IMG/VR virus record: IMGVR_UViG_3300032322_001005 | Location: 1 to 61,603 of that record | Strand: one strand, 5' to 3' | DNA: 61,603 bases | DNA from: a virus | Taxonomy: Duplodnaviria > Caudoviricetes | Shown: one piece after another, positions 8,883 to 18,149 of the stretch | Layout of the letters: every line of letters starts with the position of its first letter | Numbering within the stretch: the first letter of the stretch is position 1 | Notes under the pieces: generated by a model | The model's input: only the letters and a program-made list of their open reading frames with translations | What the model was told of the DNA's origin: nothing | Databases searched by the model: none | Position numbers and translations under genes: made by a program

Positions 8883-9458
8883 TTAAGAATAGGTCGCTGT
8901 CAATCTATCATCCCACTCTACGTTAGTCGCAGTAGTGGTAGTTACGTTGCCGCCAGAGTCAACTACGTTGCGGTAGATTGTCCACACAGGAGAGGATTCG
9001 GAGGAGCCTAAAGGAGCCAGACCGATGTAAGATGTATCTGTAACAAAATCAGAGCGAATCTCTTGAGACAGTTCAATCGTTCCGTCTTTGTTAGGGATAG
9101 TAAGAGTTCTAACAGTAGCGGTAGATACCCCCGAGACGTCGAACTGAACTTCTCGCGTAGAATCTGCATCGTGATAAATAGTAAAGTTCGCGTCCGAGAA
9201 TACGTCGGGGAATGTCCCTGCGTATGTCCAGTCGGTCAAAGCTCCCGCATTACTCAAGCGAACGTATATACCCGCCGGATGCCTGCCGATAAACCAAGTG
9301 CCGGATGCCTCACGAACTAAGTAAGCCGAGTTGACTGCGGGAGTTCCGACAGTAATAGGCAGATCGGCGTAGTATTGCACTTCGCCGTCGATGTAGGAAG
9401 ACCCGCCTCCTCCACCGGAGAAGTCCAGCTTTCCAGTAAATGGATTAAATACCCACAT
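8883..9458 (-). CDS. virion fibre/decoration protein
   Basis: MWVFNPFTGKLDF start; TRTLTIPNKDGT-type fibre motif; C-terminal WDDRLTATYS. Confidence 0.65.
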   Translation of the reverse strand: MWVFNPFTGKLDFSGGGGGSSYIDGEVQYYADLPITVGTPAVNSAYLVREASGTWFIGRHPAGIYVRLSNAGALTDWTYAGTFPDVFSDANFTIYHDADSTREVQFDVSGVSTATVRTLTIPNKDGTIELSQEIRSDFVTDTSYIGLAPLGSSESSPVWTIYRNVVDSGGNVTTTTATNVEWDDRLTATYS

Positions 9459-9715
9459 TAGCTGATATTAGAAAGACGGTCATTATCCGCCACCGCACCA
9501 CCCACGTAAGTTAAAGTAAGAGTTTTTACGTTACTCCCGCCATTCTTGTAAAAGACTTGGTATATGTTATTTGTGGAACCGTAATAAGTAATGTCCACCT
9601 CGTCATACGGGGGGATTGGAAAAGACGATACCGAGCCTGCCGTCTGGTAGGTGTTCTCTGTGATTTTACGGAGCAGGTTGTTCTGTCCGTCGCCAAGTAT
9701 CGGTAATGCTGCCAT
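9458..9715 (-). CDS. small virion protein
   Basis: GDGQNNLLRKI motif shared with 13772..14542. Confidence 0.6.
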   Translation of the reverse strand: MAALPILGDGQNNLLRKITENTYQTAGSVSSFPIPPYDEVDITYYGSTNNIYQVFYKNGGSNVKTLTLTYVGGAVADNDRLSNIS

Positions 9716-9756
9716 ATCAAACTTTTAAGCCTTTAGTTATCGTTAAACAAGTAAAT

Positions 9757-10122
9757 TCACTCTTGGAATACAGCGTAGTTTAGCTTCGCGTCTGTCATTG
9801 TCCAGCGCATCCACGCCCTCGCTATATCGTTCGGATCGTCAAAGTAAGCCCTGATCTGCACAGACTTCCAATGCGAATCCCACACCCAGAGTCTATTCTT
9901 CCCAGTAGGATACATATAAACACAGACAGCGTGACCCCACTTGTCGGTGTAAATAACAAGAACCTTTGCCTGAATACCGTTCGCTTTCAGCCCCTGCGTC
10001 ATTACAATCGCCTCGGGGAGACAAGCGTTCTTATACTTGCCTACCCACGGAGGGGTATTCGCAGGAGGATTCGCCGTGCATCCCGCTACGAGCAACGCCA
10101 GCAGCAGGATGAAGACTCGCAT
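9757..10122 (-). CDS. lipoprotein with papain/transglutaminase-like Cys-His-Asp triad
   Basis: MRVFILLLALLVAG-C lipobox; NAC, GHAVCVY, WVWD. Confidence 0.6.
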   Translation of the reverse strand: MRVFILLLALLVAGCTANPPANTPPWVGKYKNACLPEAIVMTQGLKANGIQAKVLVIYTDKWGHAVCVYMYPTGKNRLWVWDSHWKSVQIRAYFDDPNDIARAWMRWTMTDAKLNYAVFQE

Positions 10123-10493
10123 TAGCTCAAGGCTGCGGCAAGCTGTGCGCCAGTCGTAGCAACCGTGCTGGAGTTCTTCAGGCGGGTTCCGATAGCACCA
10201 CTCGTAGTAAGCGTGGATGTCTGCGTATCCCAAACTTCTGTAGCAGTAAGTGTTGAGACAGGAACTTCATTCGTGCCATCCCAAACTATGCTACCAGAAC
10301 CGACGTTCGTAGAAGCAGCGATAAATGCAATTTCGTATGTTCCCGCAGAGCCAGTCATATTCCCGCTGTAGAAGCCAGAGGAACCAACCTCCGTAAGCGA
10401 GATGGCGGAACCTACTGAGGCTCCATTTTGAAAACGTTGAGCGGTAACTGTAAGCCCGCTTGTCGGAAGTGCGATGTTGAGTTCGTTTGCCAT
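10122..10493 (-). CDS. virion structural protein
   Basis: Ser/Thr/Gly-rich beta protein in the fibre cluster. Confidence 0.6.
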   Translation of the reverse strand: MANELNIALPTSGLTVTAQRFQNGASVGSAISLTEVGSSGFYSGNMTGSAGTYEIAFIAASTNVGSGSIVWDGTNEVPVSTLTATEVWDTQTSTLTTSGAIGTRLKNSSTVATTGAQLAAALS

Positions 10494-10501
10494 ATTAGTA
10501 G

Positions 10502-10738
10502 TTAGTTAGCTGGTTCCCATTGACGCTCCACCCTATCGTCAAACCATACGACAACAGGATTCCATTCGCCTTCTTCGGGTTTATCAAGTTTAACGAGAGG
10601 AACGATAGTCGGCGTGACCCAATCTTCGGGTGTAGGATAAGGTGCAAGAGTATCAAGGCGGGGATTGCCCTCGTCATCCAGCACGATGCTGATCAGTTCC
10701 TTGGTTCCGTCTGCGAAGATTACTCCGTATGTTTTCAT
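10502..10738 (-). CDS. small protein downstream of fibre gene (chaperone-like)
   Basis: Position and size. Confidence 0.5.
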   Translation of the reverse strand: MKTYGVIFADGTKELISIVLDDEGNPRLDTLAPYPTPEDWVTPTIVPLVKLDKPEEGEWNPVVVWFDDRVERQWEPAN

Positions 10739-10741
10739 AGA

Positions 10742-12061
10742 TTAAGTTCCCCTTGTGATTTCAACGGCATCCACCGAAGCAACCCAGCGCCATGTTTCGG
10801 AGGCGATGCCGGTGACCTCGATCTTAAGTGAATCATTTGTATCATCGGCTGTAAGCGAAATGCTTGTTCCAGCAGCGTTATCTGTTCCGATAGTCACTGG
10901 GGCGTAAACTTCCGTGGTTGTGCCAGTAACATTCTTCAAGCAATACTGGCGCAAGTAGTGTGCTACTGCGGAGCCGTCGCTCTTGACGCCAGAGATATTG
11001 ATCGTGCAGGCGAAGATTTTATTGGATGGGATCGTGAGGCGAACTGTTCCCGCAATTCCTTGCAAAGACAATTCAACTGGTGAGTTGGTGGTAGTTTTGT
11101 TACTTAAAACAAATCGAGCGCGCTGAGCATCGCCTTTTGCTGCAAACTGCCTTCCAGAATGGGCTTGCATTGAATATCTATCAGCCAAACCTTGGCACCC
11201 ACCAAGAATGGCTCCATATATGGCGGAAGTTTCGTTTTCATCTCCTGCGCCAATAAAAGAACGAGCATTTCCGCCGCCAGCTTTGTTGGTAGAACCAGCC
11301 GCAACAGCACTGTTGGTTTGTGCCTCATTAGATGCACCACCACCAACAAATCCTTGTTGTCCAGCCGTATTACTATTCCCACCAACAACGCTTCCGTCTG
11401 CGCCGCTGGCTGTATTATTTTGACCAGCGCCAATAAATGACCTTGCTCCAGAAGCAACTTGTGCCGCAGTTGATCGAACGGTTTGCCAATCCACGGCATT
11501 AGCTCCACGAGCGTTTCCGCCACTTGCCGCGCCGTTTGGCTTTTGGGCGAGCAGCGCCCCCGTGCCTTTCGGCGTGAGGACGAGGCTGGAGTTGGTTTGC
11601 CCGCTGTGTTGGTTGGTGATTGCGACATTGTTTTGAGTGCTTGTAGTTGCGTCATCTATAACAATGTCGCTGCCTTGTGCAGTATAGCCACCCGTGCTGT
11701 CTGCCCTAGGAATCGCATTATCAACCGTGCCGAGAGTTCCACCGATACCTGTGATGTTGCCTCCAGAAACCGTGATGCCTACGGGAGTCAATTGCTCCAT
11801 CACGCCTGTTCCCGCAGTGCTGCGGCCTACGATACGGTTGGTGGCGATGCTAGTAGAAATGTCGGGTGTGGCCCCACCGGAGCTACTCAAAGGAGCGGTA
11901 GCAGAAACAGATGTTACACCACCCGATGCGTTAAGTGTGGTTCCTGAAAGAGAAAGCCCGGTTCCCAGCGTGATCTCTTCAATCGCACCAGTCCCCGCAG
12001 TTCCGCGTCCCAACAGTTTGTTGGTCGCCATGATTGTCTTGCCCGAGCTTGTTCCGATCAT
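10742..12061 (-). CDS. tail fibre protein
   Basis: GRxTAGTG repeats, GGxxNxA beta-roll repeats and a C-terminal beta domain. Confidence 0.75.
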   Translation of the reverse strand: MIGTSSGKTIMATNKLLGRGTAGTGAIEEITLGTGLSLSGTTLNASGGVTSVSATAPLSSSGGATPDISTSIATNRIVGRSTAGTGVMEQLTPVGITVSGGNITGIGGTLGTVDNAIPRADSTGGYTAQGSDIVIDDATTSTQNNVAITNQHSGQTNSSLVLTPKGTGALLAQKPNGAASGGNARGANAVDWQTVRSTAAQVASGARSFIGAGQNNTASGADGSVVGGNSNTAGQQGFVGGGASNEAQTNSAVAAGSTNKAGGGNARSFIGAGDENETSAIYGAILGGCQGLADRYSMQAHSGRQFAAKGDAQRARFVLSNKTTTNSPVELSLQGIAGTVRLTIPSNKIFACTINISGVKSDGSAVAHYLRQYCLKNVTGTTTEVYAPVTIGTDNAAGTSISLTADDTNDSLKIEVTGIASETWRWVASVDAVEITRGT

Positions 12062-12063
12062 CG

Positions 12064-12435
12064 TTATGTATAAGTTAGCGTTTCTCTGTCAGACCAAGCA
12101 CCTGTAGCACTCCCGTCTGAAACAACTTCTCCCGCAGAGTTTATTTCTGTTTTGTAAATTGTCCAGTCATTTGAATCTTCTGGATCGCTTTCTGGATAAT
12201 CTTCCCAAGCAAGCCGTCCGATATAAAGTTCCAATCCGTCTGAACTGGTGGCGGATAAAAACAAATAAAGCGAAGTATCGCGTGGTCTAGCCAGCCTAAA
12301 TACTTCGCCCGATTCGTCTTTGCTGTAGAGCCTGCGATCCGTTAGATTGATCGCAAGCTCCCCAGCGGTGAGGTCTTGCGCCTCGGGAACTCGTCCCGAG
12401 ACGCTTGACCGTTTTAATTTGATCGTTGTAGGCAC
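12064..12435 (-). CDS. fibre-associated protein (Mtd-N/hyaluronidase-like N-terminus)
   Basis: IKLKRS...LTAGELAINLTD..LY; C-terminal WSDRETLTYT. Confidence 0.65.
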   Translation of the reverse strand: MPTTIKLKRSSVSGRVPEAQDLTAGELAINLTDRRLYSKDESGEVFRLARPRDTSLYLFLSATSSDGLELYIGRLAWEDYPESDPEDSNDWTIYKTEINSAGEVVSDGSATGAWSDRETLTYT

Positions 12436-12452
12436 GATCCTTCTAACTTATA

Positions 12453-13454
12453 TTAGAAGGTTCCGCCGTCAACTTCTCCCTCAAGAGCGGAGATGCGGGA
12501 CTCGTGGTCCGCAACGTCGGTCTCAAGGCTGGTAGCACGTCCCTCAAGGGCGTCGATGTCGGACTCAGCCGTATCAACGCGACCGCTCAGGGTGCTAGCC
12601 GCAGACTCAATTGCAGTAATGTCGCTCTCAGCAGTATCAAGCCGACCGTCGAGTGACTCAACGTCACCTTCCAGATCGGTAGCACGGCCTTCCAGAGCGT
12701 CGATGTCACCTTCAGCAGTCGTAACGCGACCAGCAAGCGTGGTGGCGGCGGACTCGATAGCGGTGATGTCGGACTCGGCTGTGTCAACGCGACCAGCGAG
12801 GGTGGAGGCGGCTGTTTGGATGCTAACTACATCGCTTTCAATGTTTGTCAATCGACTGTCAGTTGAATCGTCCAATGAGCTTAAGCTGCTCTGAAGGGAT
12901 GACACATCACCTTCAAGGGTGGTGGCACGACCTTCAACAGCGGTGGCGCGGGACTCAAGCGAGTCGATGTCACCTTCAGCCGTGGTGACACGTCCGCTCA
13001 GGGTAGAAGCAGCACCTTCAATCGCTGTAATGTCTCCCTCAATCGCTGAAAGGCTGTTCGCCACAGTCGAGGCGAAGTTAGCATCATCGTTAAGAGCGGC
13101 AGCGAGTTCGTTCAGGGTGTTGAGCGCAGCGGGAGCAGCGTCGATAACGTTGCTGATCGCGGTGTCAACATATCCCTTGTTGGCGGCGTCGGTAGAAGCA
13201 ACAGGAGTTGCAACGTTCTCAACGACGAGTGAGCCAGCGTCAATACCACCCGAGAAGGTTTTCTTACCGGAGACGGTCTGAGCAGAGGATTTGTCAACGA
13301 ACGTGCCCTTACCAGCGATGGCCTCAATCGAGGTGCCATTGCCGATGTAGAGTGTTTCGTTTACGAAGTTATGTGCCAATTCACCAGCAAGCAAAGAGGC
13401 AGGTGCGCCCGAAGCTCCGGTTAGACGGCGTTTAATGCGGATATTAGTAGCCAT
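12453..13454 (-). CDS. coiled-coil fibre with Mtd-N-like N-terminus
   Basis: IRIKRR...LLAGELA; DAANKGYVD; APAALNTLNELAAALNDD; heptad repeats; ends DGGTF. Confidence 0.75.
   Translation of the reverse strand: MATNIRIKRRLTGASGAPASLLAGELAHNFVNETLYIGNGTSIEAIAGKGTFVDKSSAQTVSGKKTFSGGIDAGSLVVENVATPVASTDAANKGYVDTAISNVIDAAPAALNTLNELAAALNDDANFASTVANSLSAIEGDITAIEGAASTLSGRVTTAEGDIDSLESRATAVEGRATTLEGDVSSLQSSLSSLDDSTDSRLTNIESDVVSIQTAASTLAGRVDTAESDITAIESAATTLAGRVTTAEGDIDALEGRATDLEGDVESLDGRLDTAESDITAIESAASTLSGRVDTAESDIDALEGRATSLETDVADHESRISALEGEVDGGTF
12480..13050 (-). repeat. degenerate heptad coding repeats (TLxGRVxTAExDI)
   Basis: Repeated units visible at DNA and protein level. Confidence 0.7.
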
Positions 13455-13536
13455 ATTATTATTTCTTTCTGGTTGTTGTTTTGTTTGAAGCTAGGGTTAC
13501 TTAGCCCCAGCCCTTCCTTGCGAAAGTGTCGCTGTT

Positions 13537-13770
13537 TTAAAACTCTCCCCCGTCGTTGTCAACACGCAAAGGAACATATTTATTTTGATCGCTATTCCAC
13601 AGATAAGGAAGACCTTCTTCTTCTTCAAAATAGATGCGACCACGTTCTCCTGTTGCGGGGAAACTATCTTTTGTTTGATAAGTTACCACATCGTCAAAGT
13701 CTGTAGGCAAGCTATCTGCGACAAGCTTACCCTTCTCTTCGACCACTCGTCCGTTGTAGATTACTTTCAT
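13537..13770 (-). CDS. small virion protein
   Basis: FPATGE.GRIY...Y.W motif; ends DGGEF. Confidence 0.6.
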   Translation of the reverse strand: MKVIYNGRVVEEKGKLVADSLPTDFDDVVTYQTKDSFPATGERGRIYFEEEEGLPYLWNSDQNKYVPLRVDNDGGEF

Positions 13771-13771
13771 A

Positions 13772-14542
13772 TTAAGGCGCGTCTGCGTTTACGATGTTGT
13801 TGTCTCCGTCTAGGCAGAAGCGGATGATGCCAGAGCCAGATGGGGTTGGGAATCCACCATTAATAACTTTTGAGGAAATAATTTGTCCTGACATTTCTCC
13901 TCCGGTTTCTCCAAATGAATCAAAATCTGCCAAACAATTAAAATAATAACCTGCCGCCGCATTTCCAAAACTTGCCGTCCCGCCCACGCATCCAAAAAAT
14001 CTTCCGCTGGTTGTTAAATTATTTGAAAAACTTCCCTCTCCACCTTTGCAATTTTCAAATGTTTGCAAAGTTTTGTTATTTGCAACTTTGAAAGCCTGCG
14101 TTCCGACAGAAATTCCGCTAACCCTTACATCGTTAGCAGTTACGTTCAGCGTGTTATTGGAAACAATAACAGCGGGGTTTTGAAATTGTGCGCCTAGTCC
14201 TACGAGGTCTACATACTCTGCGTCTATCGCAAGTTCGGAGGAAAGTGAGTAAGTTCCGGGAATGATGAAAACTGTAATGCGATTGCTCGCTGATGGGCTT
14301 TTAGCTTTAGCCTCGGCGTATTTTGCAGCAAGGCTGTCGCCGGGTTGGACGAGAACATAATTATTACCACTCTCTTGTATCGCGGTAGCAAGTAGCCCAG
14401 AGCTTGCGTAAGTATTCTGCGCGATCTTGAACAGCAGATTGTGCTGTCCGTCACCTACTCGCGGTTGAGACTCGCCTGTGTTGGCGGCTATTTTCGCAAG
14501 GAGGTTGTTCTGTGAATCGTTAAGTTGTGGGAACTGTGCCAT
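13772..14542 (-). CDS. virion decoration/spike with beta-helix (pectin-lyase-like) domain
   Basis: Two N-terminal DxQxNLLxKI repeats; PGTY motif; paralogous to the C-terminus of 39955..42510. Confidence 0.6.
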   Translation of the reverse strand: MAQFPQLNDSQNNLLAKIAANTGESQPRVGDGQHNLLFKIAQNTYASSGLLATAIQESGNNYVLVQPGDSLAAKYAEAKAKSPSASNRITVFIIPGTYSLSSELAIDAEYVDLVGLGAQFQNPAVIVSNNTLNVTANDVRVSGISVGTQAFKVANNKTLQTFENCKGGEGSFSNNLTTSGRFFGCVGGTASFGNAAAGYYFNCLADFDSFGETGGEMSGQIISSKVINGGFPTPSGSGIIRFCLDGDNNIVNADAP

Positions 14543-14543
14543 T

Positions 14544-14867
14544 TCAAGCAATTCCTGCGCGTTGACGTAGACGCTCTTGGAACGGCACTTCCTCTTCTAC
14601 GGACTCTTCCTCTTCCATTTCACCCTCGGGCATCTCCTCTTCTTCCATTTCTTCCTCTTCTTCTTTAGCAAGAGGATACCCGTCGATTGAAACAAGGGTG
14701 AACTCTCCATCTCCGCAGTAACAAACTTTAGCGAGAACCTCTTTTTCCTCGCCTTCCTTCATATCGGAATAATCGAAACCCTCTGGAGCATCGAACTCGA
14801 CGCCCTCTTTCTCGGGTTTGCCCATACCGATAATAACAGCCATTCCGCCTTTGCCTTCGTTTTTCAT
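14544..14867 (-). CDS. acidic hypothetical protein
   Basis: Glu-rich ORF after the capsid gene, start MKNEG. Confidence 0.6.
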   Translation of the reverse strand: MKNEGKGGMAVIIGMGKPEKEGVEFDAPEGFDYSDMKEGEEKEVLAKVCYCGDGEFTLVSIDGYPLAKEEEEEMEEEEMPEGEMEEEESVEEEVPFQERLRQRAGIA

Positions 14868-14891
14868 ATTGTTCGATCTTTCTTTAGTTAA

Positions 14892-14922
14892 GGTGCGAGG
14901 AGGGATCGAACCTCCCCGCACC
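14892..14922 (-). other. 12-bp hairpin with a canonical tRNA T-loop (minihelix-like)
   Basis: GGTGCGGGGAGG-TTCGATC-CCTCCTCGCACC. Confidence 0.6.
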
Positions 14923-14949
14923 GTGAGCGTAGCTTACGCTACCAACTGC

Positions 14950-16137
14950 TTAGGAGCAGGACTGGTAGATCGTGGCTGGCGAGCAGCGGAGGTGCATGAT
15001 AGCATAACCCCACTCAACACGCTTCGGCTGAGAACCCTGCATGAACAGAGCGTAGAAGTATCCGGTCAGGCCAAGGATGTTGTTCACGTTGTCCTTGTTG
15101 TTGATCCAGATGAACTCACCGCGATAGTTGACAGGATCGAACTTCAGTCCCGAACCGGGGCTGGTGATGACCTGAGCAACACGCGAAGTGAAGACGTGCG
15201 GGTTGTAGATAACGCTAACCTCGTAAGGAGCGGTGCGGTAAGCCGGATTGACAACCGCTTTGCTGCCCGTGGTGGCTGCGGCGTTCGCGTAGAACGGAAC
15301 GCGGACAAACTGCCCGTTGACGAAGTTGTAACGAGGAGCTTGACGATCAACGATGTGAACGAAGCCAGAATAGGCGAACGAAGCGCCGAAGGGCTTGATC
15401 AACTCGTCAACCTGCGAGGAGAAGCGGAGGTCTTGACGGATGTCAGAGTTCTGCTTCTTGATGTAGTTCGACGTTTCAGGCGAGCAGATGAGCGCGTATT
15501 GCGGCTCACCGTCAACCATCGCGTAATGACCCTCGGCGGAATCACGAGCCAGATCAAGATAGAACTGGTCGAGCATGCCTTGGTCGAGAGCGAAGGTCGG
15601 GGCAACGGCAGGGAACGCCTGATCCGAACCGCTGACAGACATCGCAAGGGTGTCGTTCACGTCGGTAACAACCTTGTTGCCGCAGAGACGGATGAACTCG
15701 TCGCGGTAACGGTTGCTCCAGAACCACTGGCTGTTCTCTTTGAGAACCTTAACCTCACCAGCCAACTGCTCCTCGGCCTTCCACGCAGTGCGGAGGTCGT
15801 TGACGCAGAAGCCGGGGCTACGGATAGCCGACTGCTGGAGGTTGTAGCTCTTGAGGGTGCGAGCAAACTCAACGGTTTGCGGGGTCGGGTTACAGGAATT
15901 GCCTGTTCCGTCGTTGGTTCCGACGTCTTCCCAAGCTGTAGAACTGACGTTTCCGACAGTCGAACGCTCTTGGATAAGGGTCTGGATGGACTCACCCATT
16001 CCGGCAGGGAAGGTATCCTGCTTGATGAGGCGGTTCCACACATCGGTTCCGATAAGTTTCGCGGAGATCATTTCTCCGATACGACCAGCTTCTTGCTGGA
16101 GTTGCTGATTCACATCAGCGAGATTGTATTGTGACAT
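14950..16137 (-). CDS. major capsid protein
   Basis: 395 aa, strong codon bias, follows portal and scaffold. Confidence 0.8.
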   Translation of the reverse strand: MSQYNLADVNQQLQQEAGRIGEMISAKLIGTDVWNRLIKQDTFPAGMGESIQTLIQERSTVGNVSSTAWEDVGTNDGTGNSCNPTPQTVEFARTLKSYNLQQSAIRSPGFCVNDLRTAWKAEEQLAGEVKVLKENSQWFWSNRYRDEFIRLCGNKVVTDVNDTLAMSVSGSDQAFPAVAPTFALDQGMLDQFYLDLARDSAEGHYAMVDGEPQYALICSPETSNYIKKQNSDIRQDLRFSSQVDELIKPFGASFAYSGFVHIVDRQAPRYNFVNGQFVRVPFYANAAATTGSKAVVNPAYRTAPYEVSVIYNPHVFTSRVAQVITSPGSGLKFDPVNYRGEFIWINNKDNVNNILGLTGYFYALFMQGSQPKRVEWGYAIMHLRCSPATIYQSCS

Positions 16138-16374
16138 TTGTTTATATTTCTAAATGATTGTTAATTGTAAGTCGCCCCTCCCGCATTTGCGGAAACGGCA
16201 TTTTCTCTTATCTCCTCCGAGCCACTTGAGAAGCCCTTGCGGGTTTTTTAAGCTCACAATTAGTCTATACTATGTATGCGGAACACAGCCTCCGTGGAAC
16301 CTTTTTCAACAGGTTATCCAACCCTGCATCGCAAGGGGTAATGTATTATTTAAAGTTATGCAAGGATTATTTAC

Positions 16375-16410
16375 AAAAAAGAAAGGCGCACCATTTACGA
16401 TGCGCCCTTC
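16375..16410 (-). terminator. rho-independent terminator after the scaffold gene
   Basis: GAAGGGCGCATC-loop-GGTGCGCCTTTC followed by a T-run. Confidence 0.75.
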
Positions 16411-16431
16411 AATCAGATGACGACTTCTGAA

Positions 16432-17625
16432 TTATGCAACCATTCGGGACACCATGTTTTTCACGAAGTCTTCCGTGTCAACTTTGGTGTAGTCTACAGG
16501 TTTGTTTGTATCTTGAGGAGTCCTCGGTGAGGAACCTCCAGCGGCGGGTGCGGCGCCTCCGCGCAACTTGACGTTCTCCTTACGGGTTGTTTCTAACTCG
16601 CTTTGGAGTGATGTGATGCGATCCACGAGATCGGGGAGAATAGCAGCCCCTGCGATTCCGTAAACCTTGAGGTCTTCGGGCCATTCGTCGTAGTTCATAA
16701 TCTCCTGCTGGAGTTTGGCTACGTCTGGGCGCTTGTCTTCCGGCAGAAGGTTAAACACCTTTTCTCCGATCTTGGGGATGACCGTATTGATCGCAGTTTC
16801 GCGTTGAGCGATAAACTGTTTATACGCCTGTTCGCGTTCGGCTAGTTCGCGTTTCTGCGATAACTCAAACGCTTCTTTGCTGTTCTGCTCGATCTCTTGT
16901 TTGCGGTTGTGGATGGCAAGCATGTTGTCTGCAAGGGTGTAAATCTTTGTTTTGTCCCTTTCAGACCAATCGGCAAGCAACTCTTCCAAGGCTTTTGGGT
17001 TGCCGTTAATGTCGGCTTCCAAAGCATCAACAATATCCGAACCGTCTACGTTGTTTCGCTTGGCGTAGAAGTCCACGTCATCGAACAACTTGTTAAGAGG
17101 CTCCGTAACGTATTGCTTATACTCCTTGCTGGATTGAACTCGCGAGATGTAAAGCTCTCCGTCCAAAGCTTCGCGCTCTGCCTTGATCTCTTCGATCTGG
17201 GCCTTAAGCGTGTCGACTTCTTTTGAAGTAGACTCAAACTCCTCGCCGCGTTTTTTAAGTTCGGCAAGTTCCTTTTGAGCGGACTTCAAGTCTTTCTCTG
17301 CTTGCTTGAGTTCCTTCCAGCGAATCTTTGACTTTTCGTCGGTAGGCTGGGGTTCCTCGGATTCTGCGGCAACTGGCTCCTCTGTAGAAGGTTCTTCTAC
17401 TTCTGGAGTGGATTCCACTTTTTGCCCCGTCTTTTCTGGAGCAGGTTCCGCCTTCGCCTCTTCTTTGATAGCGTATGAAGGAACGGGTGTGTTTGGATTC
17501 GGGGGACGCTCGGTTAGCGTGGACTCCGCGCTAAGATCATTCCTAGCAATGGAATCCAATGCTCCGCGTAGATTTGTAATTGCCTCGTTTGTAGAAGCTG
17601 GTGCCTCTTGTGCTTGTTCGGACAT
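16432..17625 (-). CDS. capsid scaffolding protein
   Basis: Acidic disordered N-terminus, long coiled coils, located between portal and capsid genes. Confidence 0.7.
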   Translation of the reverse strand: MSEQAQEAPASTNEAITNLRGALDSIARNDLSAESTLTERPPNPNTPVPSYAIKEEAKAEPAPEKTGQKVESTPEVEEPSTEEPVAAESEEPQPTDEKSKIRWKELKQAEKDLKSAQKELAELKKRGEEFESTSKEVDTLKAQIEEIKAEREALDGELYISRVQSSKEYKQYVTEPLNKLFDDVDFYAKRNNVDGSDIVDALEADINGNPKALEELLADWSERDKTKIYTLADNMLAIHNRKQEIEQNSKEAFELSQKRELAEREQAYKQFIAQRETAINTVIPKIGEKVFNLLPEDKRPDVAKLQQEIMNYDEWPEDLKVYGIAGAAILPDLVDRITSLQSELETTRKENVKLRGGAAPAAGGSSPRTPQDTNKPVDYTKVDTEDFVKNMVSRMVA

Positions 17626-17641
17626 GTTGCCTTTCTATTGT

Positions 17642-17776
17642 TTACTTTTTGATGCCTGCACGGTGACGGGCGCCCCAAGCCTTGCCTTTGGTGGCAACGC
17701 TGGTTTTTTTGCCGATTGTTTTCTTCGCAGGTGCCATAGCGCCCATGCGACCACTTTCTTTTTGCATTGTTTTCAT
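17642..17776 (-). CDS. small basic protein
   Basis: MKTMQKESGRMG...RHRAGIKK. Confidence 0.45.
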   Translation of the reverse strand: MKTMQKESGRMGAMAPAKKTIGKKTSVATKGKAWGARHRAGIKK

Positions 17777-17780
17777 ATCT

Positions 17781-18149
17781 TTACTCCGGTTGGTTGTTGA
17801 TTTGTGAGAGCCTTTCAGCCTCGTTGATTTCGTCCACAGTGTATAACCCTGTAGAGAAAAGTCGTTCTCTTGCTTGCTTAATGTATTCCTGCTCAAGCCT
17901 GTTGTCTTTAAGTTGAGGACGCTTGGCAAGCGATTGCAACTTGTTGTGAAATTCGTTAGCTCCGATAGACTTGCCTGCCTCCAGCGATAGAACGTCACGC
18001 ATATCCACGTCGCTGCGAACTGCTGGCTCTTTAGGAAACGATTCTTGTCGAACAATAACAAGTGCTTCCTTCATAACTGGATCGTCAAGCAATGCCTCAA
18101 GCCTGACTAGTTTCTCTGAGTTGAGTTGGAATAACTGCCTTGCGGTCAT
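17781..18149 (-). CDS. hypothetical head-module protein
   Basis: ATGA-coupled to the portal gene. Confidence 0.65.
   Translation of the reverse strand: MTARQLFQLNSEKLVRLEALLDDPVMKEALVIVRQESFPKEPAVRSDVDMRDVLSLEAGKSIGANEFHNKLQSLAKRPQLKDNRLEQEYIKQARERLFSTGLYTVDEINEAERLSQINNQPE

Noticed and set aside
7887-9011. 374-aa plus-strand ORF
   Set aside because: Antisense to the holin genes, with no recognisable motifs
12064-13454. Diversity-generating retroelement suggested by Mtd-N-like domains
   Set aside because: No reverse transcriptase and no TR/VR pair seen
14892-14950. Complete tRNA gene
   Set aside because: Only a T-loop hairpin is present; no D arm, anticodon arm or cloverleaf
14818-16134. 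438-aa plus-strand ORF
   Set aside because: Mirror-frame shadow of the codon-biased capsid gene
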